This document shows, piece by piece, positions 21,542-31,663 of a DNA stretch of 64,000 bases. Both the position numbers and the translations under genes were made by a program. This stretch comes from Vulcanimicrobiota bacterium (GTDB lineage: Bacteria; Vulcanimicrobiota; Vulcanimicrobiia; Eremiobacterales; Eremiobacteraceae). The notes under the pieces were generated by a model. That model was given only the letters and a program-made list of their open reading frames with translations. It did not search any database and was not told the DNA's origin. The stretch covers positions 128,001 to 192,000 of the forward strand of contig CAWDVP010000001.1 in the NCBI GenBank assembly GCA_963805945.1, read 5' to 3'. Each line of letters starts with the position of its first letter. Within the stretch, counting starts at the first letter, position 1.

Positions 21542-22038
21542 GAGCCGAGCTCCGCGGGCGGCGACTTCGCGAGCGCGTCGAGCACGCCGTTGACGAAGTC
21601 GCTGCTTCGCTCGGTCGAAAGCCTGCGAGCGAGCTCCACCGCGTGATTGATCACCGCGGACGTCTGGACCTCAGCGCGATAGCGCAGCTCCCACGCTGCC
21701 ATGTCCAAGATGAGCCGGTCGAGACCGGAGAGCCGCTCTATGGTCCAGCGCGCCAGCAGCGGCTCGATCTGCGCCTCGAGATCCGCCTTGCGCGCGTGCG
21801 TGCCGCGCACCAGCGCCTCGACGAGCGTCCAATCCGTGCCGCGGGGCGCATCGCTGCGACGATCGATGGCGGGCATCGCGGCTTCATACGGATCTTCCGC
21901 GTGCGCCTCATCGCCCCGTCCGAAGACGCCGACGCCCTCGCGCGCCTGCGCGAGCGCGTCATCGAGCGACGTCTTGCCGAACTCGACGGCGTAGAGGACT
22001 TCCAAGGCGATGCGGTGCTCGCGGCGCTCGACGGCCAC
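21538..22038 (-). CDS. nusB: Transcription antitermination factor NusB
   Basis: 'W..ERL...DR.IL..A..EL', 'VIN.AVELAR', FVNGVLD. Confidence 0.9.
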   Translation of the reverse strand: MAVERREHRIALEVLYAVEFGKTSLDDALAQAREGVGVFGRGDEAHAEDPYEAAMPAIDRRSDAPRGTDWTLVEALVRGTHARKADLEAQIEPLLARWTIERLSGLDRLILDMAAWELRYRAEVQTSAVINHAVELARRLSTERSSDFVNGVLDALAKSPPAELGS

Positions 22039-22042
22039 GACG

Positions 22043-23404
22043 TCAACCGCCGGCTGCGACGGGTTCTTGCATGAGCTCGCGCAGCCAGGTGACGTAGGTG
22101 TTGCCGGCTTCGAACGCGGGCGAGGCGAGGATGCGCTCGTGCAGGGAGACGGTCGTCTCGACGCCCCTGATCTCAGTCTCATAGAGCGCGCGGCGCATGC
22201 GGGCGATCGCCATGGGCCGGTCGCGGTCGATGGTCACGATCTTCGCCAGCAACGAATCGTAGAACGGCGGCACCTCGGCGCCGGAATGGATCGCCGTGTC
22301 GACGCGCACGCCCGGACCGCCCGGCAGCAGCACCGCACCAAGCTTGCCGGCCGCAGGGCGGAAACCGTTGTCGACATCTTCCGCGTTGATGCGGCACTCG
22401 ATCGCGTGGCCGCGCGGGCGCAGATCCTCCTGGCGCAGCGCGAGGCGCTCGCCCGCCGCGATGCGGACCTGCCAGCGCACCAAGTCGACGCCGAACGTCG
22501 CTTCTGTGACCGCGTGCTCGACTTGGATACGCGTGTTCATCTCCATGAAATAGAACGTGCCGTCGGGGCTGAGCAAGAACTCGAGCGTGCCCGCGTTCGC
22601 GTAGTCCGCCGCGCGCGCAGCCTTCACCGCGGCGGCGCACAATTGCGCGCGCACCTCAGGATCGAGGTTCGGCGCCGGCGACTCCTCGAGTAATTTCTGG
22701 TGACTGGGTTTTTGCACCGAGCAGTCGCGCTCGCCCAGGTGCACCACATGGCCGAACTCGTCGGCGAGCACTTGCACCTCGATATGCCGCGGACGTTCGA
22801 GCAGCTTCTCAATGTACACGCGGCCGTCGGCGAAGGCCGCCTGCGCCTCGCCGCGCGCCGCGGCAAGACCCGCGAGCAGGTCCGTCTCGCGGCCGACGAT
22901 CCGCATGCCCTTGCCGCCGCCGCCCGCGGTCGCTTTGATGAGCACCGGGTAGCCGGCGTCGGCGCAGAAGCGCCGCGCTTGTTCATCCGATTCGATGATG
23001 CCCGACCCGGGCACCACGGGCACGCCCGCTTCCTGCATGCGGCGTTTGGCTGACGCCTTGTCGCCCATGAGCGCGATCGCGGCCGCCGGCGGCCCGATGA
23101 ACTTGAAGCCGTGCGATGCGCATATCTCCGCGAAGCCTGCGTTCTCCGACAGGAAGCCGTAGCCGGGATGGATGGCGTCGACGCCGGTGATCTCCGCCGC
23201 CGACACGATGTTCGGGATGTTGAGGTAGGAACGCGCCGCTTGCGGCGGTCCGACGCAGAACGCCTCGTCCGCGAGCCGCACGTGGAGCGCGTCGCGATCC
23301 GCTTCGGAGAATATCGCGACGGTGCGCACGCCGAGCTCGCGGCAGGCGCGGATCACGCGTACGGCGATTTCGCCGCGGTTAGCGATGAGGACCTTATCGA
23401 ACAC
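22043..23404 (-). CDS. accC: Acetyl-CoA carboxylase biotin carboxylase
   Basis: KVLIANRGEIA, HPGYGFLSEN, GGGGKGM, EMNTRIQVEH. Confidence 0.96.
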   Translation of the reverse strand: MFDKVLIANRGEIAVRVIRACRELGVRTVAIFSEADRDALHVRLADEAFCVGPPQAARSYLNIPNIVSAAEITGVDAIHPGYGFLSENAGFAEICASHGFKFIGPPAAAIALMGDKASAKRRMQEAGVPVVPGSGIIESDEQARRFCADAGYPVLIKATAGGGGKGMRIVGRETDLLAGLAAARGEAQAAFADGRVYIEKLLERPRHIEVQVLADEFGHVVHLGERDCSVQKPSHQKLLEESPAPNLDPEVRAQLCAAAVKAARAADYANAGTLEFLLSPDGTFYFMEMNTRIQVEHAVTEATFGVDLVRWQVRIAAGERLALRQEDLRPRGHAIECRINAEDVDNGFRPAAGKLGAVLLPGGPGVRVDTAIHSGAEVPPFYDSLLAKIVTIDRDRPMAIARMRRALYETEIRGVETTVSLHERILASPAFEAGNTYVTWLRELMQEPVAAGG

Positions 23405-23446
23405 CTAGGCTCCGATGTGCGGTCATGTGTGCGAATGCGCGAAGGG

Positions 23447-24005
23447 CTAGAGGCGCGGCGGCTCGAGCGCTTCGACGAGCGCGGGCGCAGTCATCTGCGG
23501 CGCCGGCGTCGCAGGCTGTGAGGCGCGATCGACGACGAACAGCGCTTCGCCGAAATCGACCGCCTGGCCATTTTCTGCCACCTGCGAGACGAGCACGCAT
23601 GGCCCGCCGGTGCGCACCGGGTGCTTGAGCTTGAGCGCTTCGACGTATCCGAGCACGCGATCGTCCGCGATCGCCGATCCGGGGATCGGCAAGTCGGGCG
23701 CCGCGCTGAAAATCCCGACGACGTCCGCGCTGATCGTGTCGTACGGTCGGCCGCTCTCGTCGCTCGTCATGAGCACCGGCTTGTGGCCGCTGCGAGCCGG
23801 CTTGGAGGCGCTCGTGCCGGCGGGCGCGTGCTGTTCCCCCGCGTCGGCCGCCTTCACCAGACGGATCGAGCCTTCGGAGGTTCTCAAGTCGCAACTCCAT
23901 GAGCGGCGTCGCGGCGAACGCCTTCGCCAGCGGGGTGACGCGCTCAGCGACGAAGCGTGAAAGCGCCGCGGCTGAAGTGCCGTTCGTCTCGGGTTTTTCG
24001 GACAT
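23447..24005 (-). CDS. accB: Biotin carboxyl carrier protein-like (divergent; frameshift near 23880)
   Basis: Upstream of accC. 'ISADVVGIF', 'EALKL' (biotin Lys), 'ENGQAVDFGEALF'. Confidence 0.7.
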
Positions 24006-24073
24006 CGGGTGTGGATTCGCCAAAGGTGGGACAGCGGCCTTGCCGCGCTCCTCAAAACGCGGCGAACCGACGC

Positions 24074-24466
24074 TCACAAGAGCGTGCCTTCGGCCTCGGC
24101 GGCGCGACGCCCCAAACGGTTGTCTCGCGTCAACTCGATCTCCGGCGTGGCGCCCTCGAGCAGTCGCGGCTTGCGCACCCGCACCGTCACCCGCGCGATC
24201 CGGCGGTCGCTGAGGACGTCGCTCGCGATCGCTTCCGCGAGCGCTTCAAGCAGCGCGAAAGAGCGCTGTGCTACGGTCGCCTCGACCTTCTTATATATCG
24301 CGGCATAGTCCACGGTGTCGCCGAGGTGGTCCGAGTGCGCGGCCTTAGCGAGATCGACGGTGAGTTCGAGGTCGACGTCGATCGGCTGCGCTTTCTCCCG
24401 CTCGTCGGGAAGCGCACCGTGCTTGCCCCAGAACCGCATCCCGCTCACGCGGATCGCATCCGGCAT
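24074..24466 (-). CDS. folB: Dihydroneopterin aldolase
   Basis: 'G.HG..P.E....Q...VD', 'D.L.DTVDY', 'LLE.LA'. Confidence 0.93.
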   Translation of the reverse strand: MPDAIRVSGMRFWGKHGALPDEREKAQPIDVDLELTVDLAKAAHSDHLGDTVDYAAIYKKVEATVAQRSFALLEALAEAIASDVLSDRRIARVTVRVRKPRLLEGATPEIELTRDNRLGRRAAEAEGTLL

Positions 24467-25329
24467 CAGGGCTCTTCCCGGCAGATCGCGTCGGCGACTT
24501 GGACGACCGCCGCCATGTCGACGACGTCGTGCACGCGCACGATGTCCGCGCCGCCGGCGATCGCGAGCGCGACCGAAGCGGCCGTGCCGAACGCGCGACG
24601 CTCCAGCGGCAGGCCGGTGATCTTCCCGATGAACGATTTGCGCGACGTACCGACGAGCAGCGGGAACTCGAGCCGTTGCCGGAACTCATGCAGCCGGTGC
24701 AGGATCTCGATATTGTGCTCGGCGGTCTTGCCGAACCCGATGCCCGGATCGACGATGATGTGCTCGCGCGCGACGCCGGCCTCGATCGCGTCATCCGCGG
24801 AGCGGCGCAATGATTCGATGACTTCGTCCACCACATCGCCTCGGTAGTCGGGAGCGGCGCGGTTGTGCATGATGACCAGCGGAGTTCCGACCTCCGCCGC
24901 TGCGTCAGCGACGCCCGGCATGGCGCCCCACACGCAGTTGACCATGTCGGCGCCGATCGCCAGGGCCTTGGTCGCGATCGCCGGTTTGAACGTATCGATC
25001 GAGATCGGCACGTCCGGCAGCGCGGCCCGCACCGCGGCCACGACGGGCAGCGCACGCGCCGCTTCTTCTTCTTCTGTGACGGGTTCGTGCCCGGGCCGGG
25101 TGGACTCGCCGCCGATGTCGATGATGTCGCAGCCGGCCTCGGCGAACTCGAGCGCGCGCCGCACCGCGGCGTCGGGATCCGCACCGATGCCGTCGCCCGA
25201 GAACGAGTCGGGTGTCGCGTTGATGATCCCCATGAGATAGGTGCGCGCGCCCCACACGAAATCACGGCCGCGCAACGTCAGTGTCGGTCGAATGAATTCG
25301 ACCGCTCCGACCTTCTTAGACTTGTGCAT
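24466..25329 (-). CDS. folP: Dihydropteroate synthase
   Basis: MGIINATPDSFSGDG, DIGGESTRPG, DPGIGFGK, SRKSF, RVHDV. Confidence 0.95.
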   Translation of the reverse strand: MHKSKKVGAVEFIRPTLTLRGRDFVWGARTYLMGIINATPDSFSGDGIGADPDAAVRRALEFAEAGCDIIDIGGESTRPGHEPVTEEEEAARALPVVAAVRAALPDVPISIDTFKPAIATKALAIGADMVNCVWGAMPGVADAAAEVGTPLVIMHNRAAPDYRGDVVDEVIESLRRSADDAIEAGVAREHIIVDPGIGFGKTAEHNIEILHRLHEFRQRLEFPLLVGTSRKSFIGKITGLPLERRAFGTAASVALAIAGGADIVRVHDVVDMAAVVQVADAICREEP

Positions 25330-26647
25330 GCCCGTGTGCGCCGACGTTCTCGAGGAACCAATCGCGCAGCGCCGCGACCAGGAACGTCGAACCGGTGACC
25401 ACCACGAGATCGCCGGCACCGGCGACGCGGCGTGCCACCGACAGCGCTTCGACGGGATCGCCGACCGCGCGCGCGGTCAGGCCCCGCGACTGGGCGATGT
25501 TCGCCAGGTTCATCTGCGGCATCGCCGCGCGATGCGAGACGTCGAAGGTGGTGAAGATCCACTGCGCCGGCAGCGCCGCCCAGGCGTCGAGCATGGCCGC
25601 GGCATCTTTGCTCTCCGAGATGGCGACGACGAAGACGAAACGGCGATCGGGGAAGTGCCGCAGCAGCGCGGCCGCGAGCGCCGCGGCTTTCTCCGCGTTG
25701 TGGGCGACGTCGAAGAGCAGTGAGGGCCGCGATGGATGGAATTCCATGCGCCCCGGCAGCGACAATCCCGCCAGCCCGGCGGCGGCGCTCTGCGCGCTGA
25801 ACGGGAAACGCTGCTCGATCTGCTCGCACGCGATGAGCGCCGTCGCCGCGTTGAGGATCTGGAATTCGCCGAGCAGCGGTATGGTCACGTCGTAGCGCCG
25901 GCGCGACGTCACGACGGAAAAGGTCTGCGAGTATGACGACACGGCGGCTTCGGACACGATCTCCGCCGCCTGTTGTACGACCACGAGCGGCGCGCTCTTG
26001 GCGCGCGCGGCCGCCTCGATGATGCGCAGCGCCTCGCCGTGCGCCGCGGTGACCACCGGCGTCGCCTGCTTGATGATACCGGCCTTATCGGTCGCGATCG
26101 CCTCGATGGTGTCGCCGAGCACTTCGGTGTGGTCGAAGCCGACGTTTGTCAAAACGCTGACGAGCGGCTCGAGCACGTTGGTGCCGTCCAGCGTGCCGCC
26201 GATGCCGACCTCGACGACGGCGAGATCCACATGCTCCTCGGCGAAGTACCGGAACGTCAAGGCGACGAGCAGCTCGAAGTACGACGGGCGTCCCCACTCG
26301 CCCGCCTCCATCTCCTCGATCGCCGGCAACATGCTCCCCATGAGCTCGCCGAAGCGGTCCTCGCTGATGGCGATGCCGTTGATGCGCGCGCGCTCGGTGA
26401 CGGACCGCATGTGCGGCTTGGTGTGGAGTCCGACCTTGAAGCCGGACGCGGTGAGGATCGCCGCGCACATCGAGGCCGTCGATCCCTTGCCGGCGGTGCC
26501 GCCGACGTGGACGCTCGGAAACGCGCGCTGCGGTTCGCCGAGCAGGGTGAGCAGCGCGCGCATGCGGTCGAGCCTGCCCGGATGGCGGCGCGACACGCCT
26601 TCATGCTGTGACGCCTGCAAGATGCGCTCGGCGAGTGCGAAATCCAT
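25316..26647 (-). CDS. folC: Folylpolyglutamate synthase / dihydrofolate synthase
   Basis: HVGGTAGKGS, EVGIGG.LDGTN, DH, PGR.E, D.AHN. Confidence 0.93.
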   Translation of the reverse strand: MDFALAERILQASQHEGVSRRHPGRLDRMRALLTLLGEPQRAFPSVHVGGTAGKGSTASMCAAILTASGFKVGLHTKPHMRSVTERARINGIAISEDRFGELMGSMLPAIEEMEAGEWGRPSYFELLVALTFRYFAEEHVDLAVVEVGIGGTLDGTNVLEPLVSVLTNVGFDHTEVLGDTIEAIATDKAGIIKQATPVVTAAHGEALRIIEAAARAKSAPLVVVQQAAEIVSEAAVSSYSQTFSVVTSRRRYDVTIPLLGEFQILNAATALIACEQIEQRFPFSAQSAAAGLAGLSLPGRMEFHPSRPSLLFDVAHNAEKAAALAAALLRHFPDRRFVFVVAISESKDAAAMLDAWAALPAQWIFTTFDVSHRAAMPQMNLANIAQSRGLTARAVGDPVEALSVARRVAGAGDLVVVTGSTFLVAALRDWFLENVGAHGHAQV

Positions 26648-27171
26648 CAGCTCACCTGCGCCGGATGCTCGCCGATCGCACCCGAGAGCAACCCCATCGC
26701 GTGCGGCAGGACACCTGAGATCACCGCGAGCGTCTCGGCTGCGCCCTTCGGACTTCCCGGAAGATTGACGATCAGCGTGCGCCGCCGAACCGCCGCGACC
26801 GCGCGCGATAGCATAGCGGTGGGGACGGTCGCGAGGCTCGCCGCGCGCATCGCCTCTGCGAGGCCCGGCACTTCGTAATCCGCCACGGCTATAGTCGCTT
26901 GGGGCGTGACATCGCGCGGGCCAAGTCCCGTGCCGCCGCTCGTGAGGACGCAATCGGCATTGCCGCCGTCGCAGATGTCGCGCAGCAGGGCTTCGATGGA
27001 GGCGCGATCGTCCGGCAGAACGGTCTCGAGCACGACCTTGCAGCCCGCAGGCAGCCCCGCGCGCATGATCGCGGTGCAATCATCCTTGCGCTGGCCCGAC
27101 GAGGCTTTGTCAGACAGCACGACCAGCGCGATGCGCCACTGTTTGCCCGCCGATCCGTCAGCGTGGCTCAC
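26647..27171 (-). CDS. mog: Molybdopterin adenylyltransferase (MogA/MoaB family)
   Basis: SD, TSGGTG..PRDVTP.AT, NLPGSPK. Confidence 0.9.
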   Translation of the reverse strand: MSHADGSAGKQWRIALVVLSDKASSGQRKDDCTAIMRAGLPAGCKVVLETVLPDDRASIEALLRDICDGGNADCVLTSGGTGLGPRDVTPQATIAVADYEVPGLAEAMRAASLATVPTAMLSRAVAAVRRRTLIVNLPGSPKGAAETLAVISGVLPHAMGLLSGAIGEHPAQVS

Positions 27172-27677
27172 GCGCGCGACCTCTTGAAGGCACCGCTCTT
27201 GCCGCCGCTCTTCTCAAGAAGACGAACGCTCTCGATCGTGATGCCCTTGTCGAGAGCCTTGCACATGTCATACACGGTGAGCGCGGCGACCGCGGCCCCC
27301 GTCATCGCTTCCATCTCGACGCCGGTCGTGCCGGCGCAGGCGGCTTCGCACTCGATGCGCACGGTGCCGGGCGCGCGCAGCGTCAGCACGACCGCCACGT
27401 GTGAAAGCGCGAGAGCGTGGCACAGCGGGATGAGCTCGGCGGTCCGCTTGGCGGCGCCGATGCCGGCGAGCTGCGCCGTCGTGAGCACGTCGCCTTTCGC
27501 CACCGCCCCGCGCCGGAGCGCGGCAAACGCGGCCGGCGACATGCTCATCAGCGCTTCGGCGCGAGCCCGCCGCTGGGTGATCGGCTTCGCCCCGACGTCG
27601 ACCATGCGCACCGAGCCGTTCGGCGCGACGTGCGTCAAACGTGGAGTCTTGCGTCGTGAGTCGGTCCGCGCGGTCAT
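27168..27677 (-). CDS. moaC: Cyclic pyranopterin monophosphate synthase
   Basis: MVDVG.K, LIPLCH, TGVEMEA, YDMCKA, KSGGKSG. Confidence 0.96.
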   Translation of the reverse strand: MTARTDSRRKTPRLTHVAPNGSVRMVDVGAKPITQRRARAEALMSMSPAAFAALRRGAVAKGDVLTTAQLAGIGAAKRTAELIPLCHALALSHVAVVLTLRAPGTVRIECEAACAGTTGVEMEAMTGAAVAALTVYDMCKALDKGITIESVRLLEKSGGKSGAFKRSRA

Positions 27678-27744
27678 CGCGGGCGGTCTTCTCGGATCGC
27701 CCGCGATTCTCCGCGTTGCCGGAGTCGTGACACCAACGGGCCGG

Positions 27745-28167
27745 TCAGTACGTCACGAACCCAACATCATCATCGCCGGCCTGGCGGGCCGCGTCGAGCA
27801 CCTTGATGACGCGATCGTAGGCGGCCGACCGGTCGGCGAGCAGCGCGATGTGCTTGGTGAATCCCTTACGGTGGTCGTGCGCCTTCACCGCCGCCGCCAT
27901 CGCCGCATAGAGCTTAGCACCGCTGCACGGCACGCCGTCGATCGTGATCCGCCCGGCCCGGGAGATCGCGACGTCGATCTGGTGCAGCGGCGGCGGACCG
28001 CCTCTGACGGGCGGCGGTGCAGGCGACCACTGCTTCTGAAACCCCGGAGGCGCGACGAGCGCCGCCAGGATCATGAAGATGATGAGCAGGACCAGCAGTA
28101 CGTCAGCGAACGGCGTGATGTTGATCTCTGCCATCGTGTCGTCGTAGACGCGCGCGTGCGTCGTCAT
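27745..28167 (-). CDS. exbD: ExbD/TolR family protein
   Basis: 'MAEINITPFADVLLVLLIIFM'. Confidence 0.9.
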   Translation of the reverse strand: MTTHARVYDDTMAEINITPFADVLLVLLIIFMILAALVAPPGFQKQWSPAPPPVRGGPPPLHQIDVAISRAGRITIDGVPCSGAKLYAAMAAAVKAHDHRKGFTKHIALLADRSAAYDRVIKVLDAARQAGDDDVGFVTY

Positions 28168-28177
28168 AGCCGCCTCC

Positions 28178-28867
28178 TCACGAGTCCAGCCTGAATTGGT
28201 AGACCACCTGATAGAGCTCAGCCTCGGGCCGGCCCGCTTCGTGCGGACATGCATACGTGCTGCGTTGCGCGGCGTCGACCGCCGCGCGATCGAGCGCGGC
28301 ATTGCCCGATGAGGCGCCGACGCGCGCCGAAAGCACTTGGCCGTCCGGCGCGATGGAGATGACCACGACGACGGTGCCGGAGATGCCGGCCTGCTTCTCT
28401 GAGTCGGGATAATCAGGCTCGACCTTGCGGAGGATGCGGCATGCACCGAACGCCGGCGCCGCGCTCGGCGACTCGTCTGGCGTTGGGGTTCCCGTGTTTC
28501 CAGGCGGCGCGCTCGGCGGCACATCGATCCCGGGACCGGCGGTCGGCCCAGGCGGCAACTGCGGCGGCGAGACCGGGCGGCGCCGGCTGGGCGCGGCGGA
28601 CGAGGCGGCTGAAGGTTTAGGCGTCTCGGTGTGCGCGACCGGCGGCGGTGTCGGCGGCGGGGGCGTGTCCAGACTCCCCATGATGAGCGTCTCGTGCGGT
28701 TGCGGCACGGCATCCGGCGGCGTGGGTAGCGGATGGTAGAACGAACCCAAGACGAAGTGCATCAGCGCCGACAGCACCACGAACGCAACGGTCAACAGCA
28801 CGATCGCTTTGCGTTCGCGCTTGGACGACTCGGCTTGGGTTATAGACAAGCGGGGGGATGGAGCCAC
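28178..28867 (-). CDS. tonB: Energy transducer TonB
   Basis: TM helix with S-x3-H, Pro-rich spacer, PDYP, SSGN..LD.AA. Confidence 0.88.
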   Translation of the reverse strand: MAPSPRLSITQAESSKRERKAIVLLTVAFVVLSALMHFVLGSFYHPLPTPPDAVPQPHETLIMGSLDTPPPPTPPPVAHTETPKPSAASSAAPSRRRPVSPPQLPPGPTAGPGIDVPPSAPPGNTGTPTPDESPSAAPAFGACRILRKVEPDYPDSEKQAGISGTVVVVISIAPDGQVLSARVGASSGNAALDRAAVDAAQRSTYACPHEAGRPEAELYQVVYQFRLDS

Positions 28868-28897
28868 AACGGCCTCCTTGCTCCCGCCTGCTGCCTA

Positions 28898-29828
28898 TTA
28901 TATACGTGTCGAGGGCGGAGCGCAATCGGCCGGGTGGCCAGGACCGAGCGCTGGACTACAGGTGCCGGCGTGCCCCCGCAGCGCCAAGAACACGATCATG
29001 AACAGGCCGAACGCCCAGCAGTAGACGGCGAACGGCGTCAGCCGGTGCTGGTCGACGTAGCGCATGAAGAAGCGGATCGCGAACATGCCCGAGATGAGGG
29101 CCGCCAGGAATCCGGCGACGATGAGCGCGGTCGGCTCGGGCGCCGCCGAGAGCGACGCGATGCCGTGGAGCCCGCTGGCAGTTGCCTCGGTCGCGTGGGG
29201 ATGCACGATGCGCCGCAGCTCGAAGGCGCTGGCTCCCGCGATCGCGGGACCTGCCAGCAAGAACGAGAAGCGCGCCGCTTGCTCGCGCGACAGGCCGGCG
29301 AGCATGCCCGCCGAGATCGAGAAGCCCGAGCGAGAGCCTCCCGGGATCAAGCCCCGCGATCTGGCTGAGGCCGATGTAGAACGCGCCGGCCCACGAGAGC
29401 TGCTCCGCTTCGCCGGCCTTGGCAGGCAGGCGCTCGATGAGGAAGAGCACGAGGCCGGTGACGAGCAGCCCGACCGCCGCGACCATCGGTATGGCGAAGA
29501 GCGGATCCAATCGTTTCTCGAGCAGGTAGCCGAACACGGCCAGCGGCAGCGTGCCGAGGATGACGAGCAGCGCGAGCCGCTCGCTGCCCTTTGCCCAGCG
29601 ATCGGCGAAGCCCGTGAAGAAACCCGCCACAAGCGCCCAGTAATCGCGCGCGAAATACACGAGCACCGCCAGGAACGTGCCGAAATGCAGCATGACGACG
29701 AACGGCAGGCTGGGCGGCGTCCATCCGAACAGCGCGGAGATGAGCAGCGTGTGCGCCGCGCTGCTGATGGGGAACAACTCGGCGATGCCCTGGATCAGGC
29801 CGAGCGCGATCGCTTGGAAGAGGCTCAC
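28898..29828 (-). CDS. uppP: Undecaprenyl-diphosphate phosphatase (frameshift near 29355)
   Basis: 'QGIAELFPISSAAH' in one frame; 'IPG.SRSG' and 'AARFSFLL' in another. Confidence 0.88.
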
Positions 29829-29895
29829 GCCTTAGCTCCGGACGGCAGGCCTCGGGCGGTCGAATAAATTCGACCGCTCCATACGCCGTCGAGCG

Positions 29896-30615
29896 CTATT
29901 CGAGCTTGAAGACGTACTCGATCAGATACGGCGTCTGCACCGACGGCGGCCGGTAGCCTGTCTCTCGCGCAGCCTTGATCGCTGCGCCGTCCAACAAGGC
30001 GTTGCCCGAGGATTGGTAGATCCTCGCTGACACCACCGCGCCGCTCGTCGAGATCGTGACCTCGACGATGGCCGTCCCCTGGATGCCCTGGTCTTTCGCT
30101 ATCTCGGGGTATTCCGGCTCGACTTTGTGCGTGATCGACGCATCGGTGATCTCGGTCGGGCCGCGCGGCGTCGCGACCGGTTCGGTCGTGGGGACGCCCT
30201 GCGGCACGCCGTTCTCGCTGCCGTGCGGCGGCGGTGTGTAGGCGACCTCAGCCGGACCCGTACCGCCCGTGCTATGCGAGTGCATGACGTTGAGCTTGAG
30301 CCGAGGCGGCGGCGGCGTGTTCTTCAGCGGCGGCGGCGTCGGCGTGGGCGGGGGCGTCGGCGTGGGCGGGGGCGTCGGTTTGGGCGTCGGCGGCGGCTTG
30401 ATGAGCGTCTGGACGACGACCCTTTGCGGCGGCGGCGTGGCCTCTTCTTTGAACTTGGGGATGAGCTTCTCACCGACGCTGCCCATGACGAAATGGCCCA
30501 CTGCCGACAAGACGATGAAGCCGATCGAAAGATAGATGAGCGCATAACGCTCGCGCTTGGTGAAAAGCGCCGGCGTGGTGCGGCCGACTTGAGGCGCCCT
30601 GGGGGTCGTCGCCAC
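29896..30615 (-). CDS. tonB: Energy transducer TonB (second copy)
   Basis: TM S-x3-H, (TP)n-rich spacer, PEYP, SSGN..LD.AA. Confidence 0.9.
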   Translation of the reverse strand: MATTPRAPQVGRTTPALFTKRERYALIYLSIGFIVLSAVGHFVMGSVGEKLIPKFKEEATPPPQRVVVQTLIKPPPTPKPTPPPTPTPPPTPTPPPLKNTPPPPRLKLNVMHSHSTGGTGPAEVAYTPPPHGSENGVPQGVPTTEPVATPRGPTEITDASITHKVEPEYPEIAKDQGIQGTAIVEVTISTSGAVVSARIYQSSGNALLDGAAIKAARETGYRPPSVQTPYLIEYVFKLE

Positions 30616-30650
30616 CTAGACCAGTTCCTTTCTGCCCGCGCGCGTGGCCA

Positions 30651-31094
30651 TCAATTCTGCACCGCGTTGTCCGCAGCGCCCTGTATCTTGTTCGCCAAGC
30701 CGAATTTGTTGAAGCCCGCGGTCTTGGCGGCGTCCATCACGCGCAACACGGTCCCGTATTTCGACGTCGGCGCGGCCTTGATGATGATGTCGGTCTGCGT
30801 CTGGTTGAACTGGTCGAAGTACTCCTTGAAACGATCGTAGATCTTGTCCTCGGGCACGATCTCGGCGCCGACCTGGATCTCATCCTTGTTGGTCAAGATG
30901 TTGCGATGGATGATCACGGTGATCGGCGAGTTCGTCACCTTGAGCTTGTTCAGCGCCTCGGGGACGGGCGGCGGTTTCAGCAGCGAGGTGAGGATCATGA
31001 AGATGATGAGCAGCACCAGCAGCACGTCGCAGAACGGCGTGATGTTGATGGTGGACATCACATCTTCTTCTGGGTTCGAGCCTACCATCGACAT
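30651..31094 (-). CDS. exbD: ExbD/TolR family protein
   Basis: 'INITPFCDVLLVLLIIFM'. Confidence 0.9.
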   Translation of the reverse strand: MSMVGSNPEEDVMSTINITPFCDVLLVLLIIFMILTSLLKPPPVPEALNKLKVTNSPITVIIHRNILTNKDEIQVGAEIVPEDKIYDRFKEYFDQFNQTQTDIIIKAAPTSKYGTVLRVMDAAKTAGFNKFGLANKIQGAADNAVQN

Positions 31095-31117
31095 GGCGAA
31101 TACTTCTCCAAAAGACG

Positions 31118-31556
31118 CTACTGCGTGACGAAGCCGACGTCATCGTCGCCGGCTTGACGTGCCGCGTCGAGGATCTTGATGATGGTGTTGTAGTTCGCGG
31201 CCGCGTCGGCGATGAGCGAGATATGCGTGAGATAGCCCTGCGCGGCGTGCTCTTTGTGGTACTTGACCGCAGTCGACATGTCGTCGTACAGACGACGCTT
31301 CTGTGGTCGGACGGCCGTCGACGAAGATGTGGTTCGTCGCCGACACTTCGATCTCGATCTGATGCTTCAGCTGGCTCTGGTTGATCTTCGTGGGAGCGTC
31401 GCTCTTCTTCGGCAATTCTTTTTGGAAGCCGGGCGGCGCGGCGAGCGCGGCCAGGATCATGAAGATGATGAGCAGCACGAGGAGCACGTCGCAGAACGGC
31501 GTGATGTTGATCTCCGCCATCACCTCTGCGTCTTGCGCGGTTGATGTCATGCCCAT
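31118..31556 (-). CDS. exbD: ExbD/TolR family protein (frameshift near 31295)
   Basis: 'MAEINITPFCDVLLVLLIIFM'. C-terminus 'IIKILDAARQAGDDDVGFVTQ' is in another frame. Confidence 0.85.
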
Positions 31557-31663
31557 GGTCGCATATGCCTCTTAGTCGCTTACGCTTGGTCCGAGGTTCA
31601 TCGGCGACGAGGCGATGGGCGGCGCTTGCGCGCGCCGTCCCACCGCTTCCGCCTATGTCCCTC

